In this document: positions 57,837 through 64,000 of the stretch, piece by piece
How the letters are laid out: the number at the start of each line of letters is the position of its first letter
How positions within the stretch are numbered: position 1 is the stretch's first letter
Source of the DNA: Paraspadella gotoi
Lineage: Eukaryota; Animalia; Chaetognatha
Assembly: GCA_051294375.1 (NCBI GenBank)
Contig: CM119268.1
Coordinates: forward strand, 14,217,420-14,281,419
Direction: 5' to 3'
DNA: 64,000 nt
The notes under the pieces: generated by a model
Seen by the model: only the letters and a program-made list of their open reading frames with translations
The model's database searches: none
Told to the model about the DNA's origin: nothing
Translations under genes and position numbers: made by a program

Positions 57837-59741
57837 TCTTTCATTCTTTAGTTTTAGGAGTTCCTGAAGGCGGCGCTAGCAGTCCCTTAGATTTGCAAGT
57901 ACGCGAGTACTCGCGGCACAACTAAAAACGAGCGAGAGGAAATCGAATTACGCCACGAGCCTAATTCAGTAATGTCCGCGTTTTTGCCGATAGCGATATG
58001 TGGCATAAAGTCACAATCATTCCAACCTTTTGGGCTTTAGTGACGATTGACGATGATACATTAACATGCAGTCATCTTGATCGCGTTTTAACGAAATGAA
58101 CATTTCTATTTGATTTCTTTGTGCTCGACTTCTCAGAATATTGGAGAATGCCGAAGCGAGAGGAAAATTGTTCTTCGTTATTCTTTCGTCTCTACTTTCC
58201 TCCCTAACCCTATTCTCCTCTTCCTCCTCCCCTTTTCTTTTCTCATTTTTCCTCCTCTTCCTCCACAACCACCCTCTCCCCTCGCTCAGTCCCATAAATT
58301 GCTCCTCCCCGATCGTATCTGTTTTTCAATTCCGCCCTTAAAGGTTTTCATGCATTTCTGACGACAGAGATGGAGACAAAATGGCAGATGTTATCTTTCG
58401 CAGAACTCAGTGAAGTGAGAGGGAGAGAGGGACATTAGTATCTTTAAAAAAACTAGCTCATTTACTCACACTAAGGCCCGAAAATTGGAAATAATAACGA
58501 AACTTATTATTTCTTAAAGTAATTTTTAAATTTAAGAAATACTTATTTAACAAATCGTAGGGTAGACTTGGTCTTAGACAGAGAGAGAGAGAGAATAGAT
58601 AGATAGATAGATAGATAGATAGTTTAAATTTTTTAAAAGGTTTTACAGTTGAAAAAAGTCTAACCAATCAATTATCTGCTAAAAGGTGCGATACTAATCA
58701 TAAGGAGTACTCAATTCAAAAAAAAAAAAAAAAAAAAGAATTGTCGCCTTATAACCTACGAGCTACGCCAAAAATGATTCATATTAAAATAACACATGAG
58801 ACATTTAGTGACTGGAACATTGTCATCGTCTAGGATTGTGTCCAGGATTGATGGATGATGATGTGGGTTCTCTTCCCTATTTTGGCGACGTAATCTCCGA
58901 AAACCTTCTGTGTGTTTGACGATGTTGAAAATTCGGTTTTTGCTCTTTTTTTAGGGGTTTCTGAAAGCTTATTTCGGCAATGGCGTCCAGTACAGCCACG
59001 CTTTCTGTTTGTTTAGGAATTTGCAGAAACTTTTTTACAGCCTTCATGAACATGGCAGAGAGAGAGGAGAGAGAGAGAGAGAAGAGAGAAGAGAGAGAAA
59101 GAGGAGAGAGAGAGAGAGAGAGAAAGAGAGAAGGAGAGAGAGAGAGAAAAGAGGAGAGAGAGAAAGAGAGAAGAGAGAAGAAAGAGAGAGAAGAGAAGGA
59201 GGGGGGGAGAGAAGAAAAGAGAAAAAGAGAGAGGAGAGGAGAGGAGAGAGAGAGAGAGGAGAGAGAGAAAGAGAGAGAGAGAGAGAGCGGTAAATTATCT
59301 CATCGTTTCCTTCCTTTCCTTTTTTTTTTTTTTTTTTTTTTTTTTTCTCCTTTTCTTTTCTTTTTGATTCCCGGGGGAAACGTCTCAACTTTCGTCGTGC
59401 ATAAACGGACGTGAGGACGTGAGAAAGAGAAGAAGTCGTGAAGAGTGAGACTGGAATTGGCGTCGATGGAATCTGGCGGGAAAAAATCACCCGGTCGCGC
59501 TCGTCTCCAGTCTTGGATTAAATATCGACAATTTCTTTGCTGTCGTCTTAAGATTTTTGTCGCCTGGTTTTGGCAAGTTTTTAGTGGTTGAAAGCGTGAG
59601 AGTCTGACCGAAAAGCGAGACATAAAAAAAATGAATGAATGAAAGTCACATTTTTCTTTTATTATTTAAAATCTTAGTTTGTTTCAATCCCCCCATCCTT
59701 AAAATATGTCGAAAAAGTGAATTCTAATTTAGGCAAAATCG

Positions 59742-59806
59742 AAGCTATTTCAAGCTATATCAAGCCATATCAAGCTATATCAAGCTATATCAAGCTATTT
59801 CAAGCT
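59742..59806. repeat. (TATATCAAGC)n decamer, inverted at 62199-62260
   Basis: About 6 units. Confidence 0.85.
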
Positions 59807-60586
59807 CTCGACGTTAACAAAAAATCGAATCGTCAACAAAACGAACTCTTTTCAAGCTCGCGAAATTAAAATTTAAAAAAAAGAAAATAATAACAAAGGG
59901 AACAAAACATAAAAGACTAAAATAAAGAAAAAAAGAAATAAAAAAAAATCTCCCGNNNNNNNNNNAATAATAACAAAGGGAACAAAAATAAAAGACTAAA
60001 ATAAAGAAAAAAAGAAAGAAAAAAAAATCTCCCGTCGCGAAAAGATGGGGTTTCTGAGNNNNNNNNNNNNNNNNNNNNNNNNNNNNNNNNNNNNNNNNNN
60101 NNNNNNNNNNNNNNNNNNNNNNNNNNNNNNNNNNNNNNNNNNNNNNNNNNNNNNNNNNNNNNNNNNNNNNNNNNNNNNNNNNNNNNNNNNNNNNNNNNNN
60201 NNNNNNNNNCTCTCTCTCTCTCTCTCTTCGCTTGGCAACAGATAAGCATCCCTTTTTGAGCCAAGGATCAATTTGCAACGATACAAGGAGTTCTTTCGCA
60301 ACCAAGAAAGCGCTTCCTGTTCGCTGATGATTCTTTCTCGATGGATTTTCCTCTTTTATTTGCTCTTAATAGAAATTGGCGGAGGTTAATGCAACGATAT
60401 GAGAAAATCGAAGGCAAACAATGTTGACAAGCAACGAGCTTGACTTTTGTTACGNNNNNNNNNNNNNNNNNNNNNNNNNTAAAAAACATTTTCCTCACTT
60501 CGACGTCATAGTTTAAGACGAAGACGACGGAAGAGATCACTTGGGTAAATTTCTCTCTCTCCTTTCTCTCTCTCTCTCTCTCTCAT

Positions 60587-60623
<37 letters not shown>

Positions 60624-60872
60624 GTCTCCTCTCTCTCTCTCCCTTCTTCCGTCTTTCTCCGCCCGCATCACGCCCCGCGCTTGTTGTTCGCGCGTCGTAA
60701 ATAAATCTTTCAGCGACGACTTCCGGGTCCACGCCCCCCGACGCCCGCATGAGCGTTCACCGAGAATGCCCGCACTCCTACAACCCCTCTATTACCACAA
60801 TCCCTCTCATACGGCCCCGGTCCTCATTCTTTTTTTTTCCAATGTCACCTCCTTTTTTTCTTTAACTTCTTC

Positions 60873-60917
<45 letters not shown>

Positions 60918-61732
60918 TCTCCCTCTCCTCTCTCTCTCTCTCTCTCTCATCTCTCTTCTGCTCTCATCGTCTCTCCTTGAACGGGCGTTCCGCTGAGTCG
61001 GCCGCTCGCGCCGTCGGTGACTCATACTTTTCTTCATTTTTGATAAAGACGACTTAGGAAATGGCGCCGTCTTGGCTCCCGTCGTCATCGTCGTCGTCGT
61101 CCGTCGTCGTCGTCGAGAAATCTGGGTTAGTGGCGCCGCGAAACGACGTCGGTCTCGCTTCCGTTTCCGGTTTTATTTTCCATTAGTCGCTCCGCCTCGC
61201 GTTTTTATTCATGACCCACGAAAAGGAAAACGGAGAGAGAGAGAAAAAAAAAGGCAAAGGAAAAAAAAAAGAAAAAAGAAATAGGGAAAGAGAGTCGAGC
61301 TTTTTATATTCGTCACTTTTTTCTTTCCTTTCTTTTCGCTCCACGATTCCGGATGAAGACAATCAACAGGCGAGAGGAATATCAAGAAAAGGAGTCGAGG
61401 GGTTGACAAAAAAAATTTGCATAATGCGGTCGCGCACTTTATAATTTTTTTTTTTGCGAGATGACATTTTAGAAACGGAGGCCCCCGTCGGCTAATGGCC
61501 CTTCCGTAATTTTTTCGGAATTAAGGCTAATCAGAGTAACAATCATTGAAGATCTGATTCAAAGCTTTTTCTTTTTTCTTTTCTTCATTTGATTCTCTTC
61601 TATCTTTACTGAAAACAGAGTGAGAGGTGTAGAAATATAGTTACGAAATCTCAAAAAAAAAATTCATTTTCAATCCACTTTACTTGTCCTCGAGAAAGAA
61701 TCATTATCTTTCTTTTCCTTTCACTTTCATAT

Positions 61733-62638
61733 CGTAAACAAAAGTCAAGCTCGTTGCTTGTCAACATTGTTTGCCTTCGATTTTCTCCATATCGTTGCAT
61801 TAACCTCCGCCAATTTCTATTAAGAGGCAAATAAAAGAGGAAATCCATCGAGAAAAGATCATCAAGCGAACAGGAAGCGCTTTCTTGGTTTCGAAAGAAC
61901 TCCTTGTATCGGTTTGCAATTGATCCTTGGCTCAAAAAGGGATGCTTATCTGTTGCAAGCGAAGAGAGAGAGAGAGAGAGACGCCTTAAGAGGGTCAAAA
62001 GGTTTCCCTCGCTTATCTACTCAGAAACCCATCCTTTTTCGCGACGGGAGATTTTTTTTTTTTATTTCTTTTTTTTCTTTATTTTAGTCTTTTATGTTTT
62101 TGTTCCCTTTTGTTATTATTTTCTTTTTTTTAAATTTTAATTTCGCGAGCTTGAAAGAGTTCGTTTTGTTGACGATTCGATTTTTTGTTAACGTCGAGAG
62201 CTTGAAATAGCTTGATATAGCTTTGATATAGCTTGATATGGCTTGATATAGCTTGAAAGCTTCGATTTTTGCCTAAATTAGAATTCACTTTTTCGACATA
62301 TTTTAAGGATGGGGGGGATTGAAAACAAACTAAGATTTTAAATAATAAAAGAAAAATGTGACTTTCATTCATTCATTTTTTTATGTCTCGCTTTTCGGTC
62401 AGACTCTCACGCTTTCAACCAACTAAAAACTTGCCAAAAGAAATCATAATGGCGACACCCGGTTTTTCCGCCAATTCCATGCAATCTCTCACTCTTCACG
62501 ACTTCTTTCTCTTCTCGACGTCCTCACGTCCGTTTATGCACGACGAAAGTTGAAGACGTTTCCCCGGGAATCAAAAAGAAAGAAGAAAAGAGAAAAAAAA
62601 GGAAAGGAAGGAAACGATGAGATAATTTACCGCTCTCT

Positions 62639-62672
<34 letters not shown>

Positions 62673-62727
62673 CTCTCTCTCCTCTCTTCTTCTCTCATCT
62701 CTCTCTCTCTCTCTCTTCTCTCTCTTC

Positions 62728-62774
<47 letters not shown>

Positions 62775-64000
62775 CTTCTCTTTCTCCTCTTCTCTCCTCT
62801 CTCTGCTCTCTCCTCTCTCTCTCATCTTCTTCTCTTTCTCCTCTCTCTCTCTCTCCTCGTCTCTCTCTCTCTCTCTCTGCATGTTCATGAAGGCTGTAAA
62901 AAAGTTTCTGCAAATTCCTCAACAAACAGAAAGCGTGGCTGTACTGGACGCCATTGCCGAAATAAGCTTTCAGAAACCCCTAAAAAAAGAGCCAAAAACC
63001 GAATTTTCAACATCGTCAAACACAACCAGAAGTTTTCGGAGATTACGTCGCCAAAAATAAGGGAAAGAGACCCACATCATCATCCATCAATCCTGGACAC
63101 AATCCTAGACGATGACAAGTGTTCCAGTCACTAAATGTCTCATGTGTTATTTTAATATGAATCATTTTTGCGCGTAGCTCCGTAGGTTTATAAGGCGACA
63201 ATTCTTTTTTTTTTTTTTTTTTTTTTGTATTGAGTACTTACCCTTATGATTAGTATCGACCTTTTAGCAGATAATTGATTGGTTAGACTTTTTTCAACTG
63301 TAAAACCTTTTAAAGAAATTTAAAATCTATCTATCTATCTATCTATCTCTCTCTCTCTCTCTTCTCTCTCTCTCTTCTCTCTGTCTAAGACCAAGTCTAC
63401 CCTACGATTTGTTAAATAAGTATTTCTTTTAAAATTTATTACTTTAAGAAATAATAAGTTTCGTTATTATTTCCAATTTTCGGGCCTTAGTGTGAGTAAA
63501 TGAGCTAAGTTTTTTTAAAGATACTAAGTCGCCTCTCTCCCTCTCACTTCACTGAGTTTCTGCGAAAGATAACATCTGCCATTTTGTCTCCATCTCTGTC
63601 GTCAGAAATGCATGAAAACCTTTAAGGGCGGAATTGAAAAACAGATACGATCGGGGAGGAGCAATTTATGGGACTGAGCGAGGGGAGAGGGTGGTTGTGG
63701 AGGAAGAGGAGGAAAAATGAGAAAAGAAAAGGGAGGAGGAAGAGGAGAATAGGGTTAGGGAGGAGTAGAGACGAAAGAATAACGAAGAACAATTTTCCTC
63801 TCGCTTCGGCATTCTCCAATATTTGAGAAGTCGAGCACAAAGAAATCAATAGAAATGTTCATTTCGTTTAAAGACGCGATTCAAGATGACTGCATGTTAA
63901 TGTATCATCGTCAATCGTCACTAAAGCCCAAAAAGGTTGGAATGATTGTGACTTTATGCCACATATCGCTATCGGCAAAAAACGCGGACATTACTGAATT
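61733..64000 (-). repeat. Inverted copy of 57963-60454
   Basis: cgtaa.caaaagtcaagctcgttgc (61733) is the reverse complement of 60430-60454; window end ttactgaatt is the reverse complement of 57963. Confidence 0.95.

Overview
AT-rich, (GA/TC)n-saturated genomic DNA from a eukaryote, most likely an invertebrate animal; it is a draft assembly with many N gaps, several of exactly 25 or 10 N. Two intron-containing genes can be rebuilt by hand, both on the minus strand. One is a complete 6-exon, 443-aa DEG/ENaC (ASIC/ENaC superfamily) channel subunit at 9117-11329 with an unusually short ectodomain. The other is an 8+-exon tyrosinase at 28272-31880 (signal peptide, Cys-rich/EGF-like domain, all six CuA/CuB histidines, one GC-AG intron), whose 3' end probably lies in gaps. 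The rest is microsatellites, tRNA-derived SINE-like elements, Helentron/DINE-like (HINE) elements, MITEs and a CCA-tailed tRNA-Leu retrocopy. Bases ~36900-64000 are mostly multi-kb direct and inverted copies that differ mainly by homopolymer indels and join at N gaps, so they are probably long-read or amplification artefacts. Nearly all ORFs in the supplied track are microsatellite translations. I found no clearly new multi-gene system. The best leads are a hairpin-packed 464-nt terminally repeated unit (457-1019), a SINE hairpin module with a compensatory base change, and the minimal DEG/ENaC channel.
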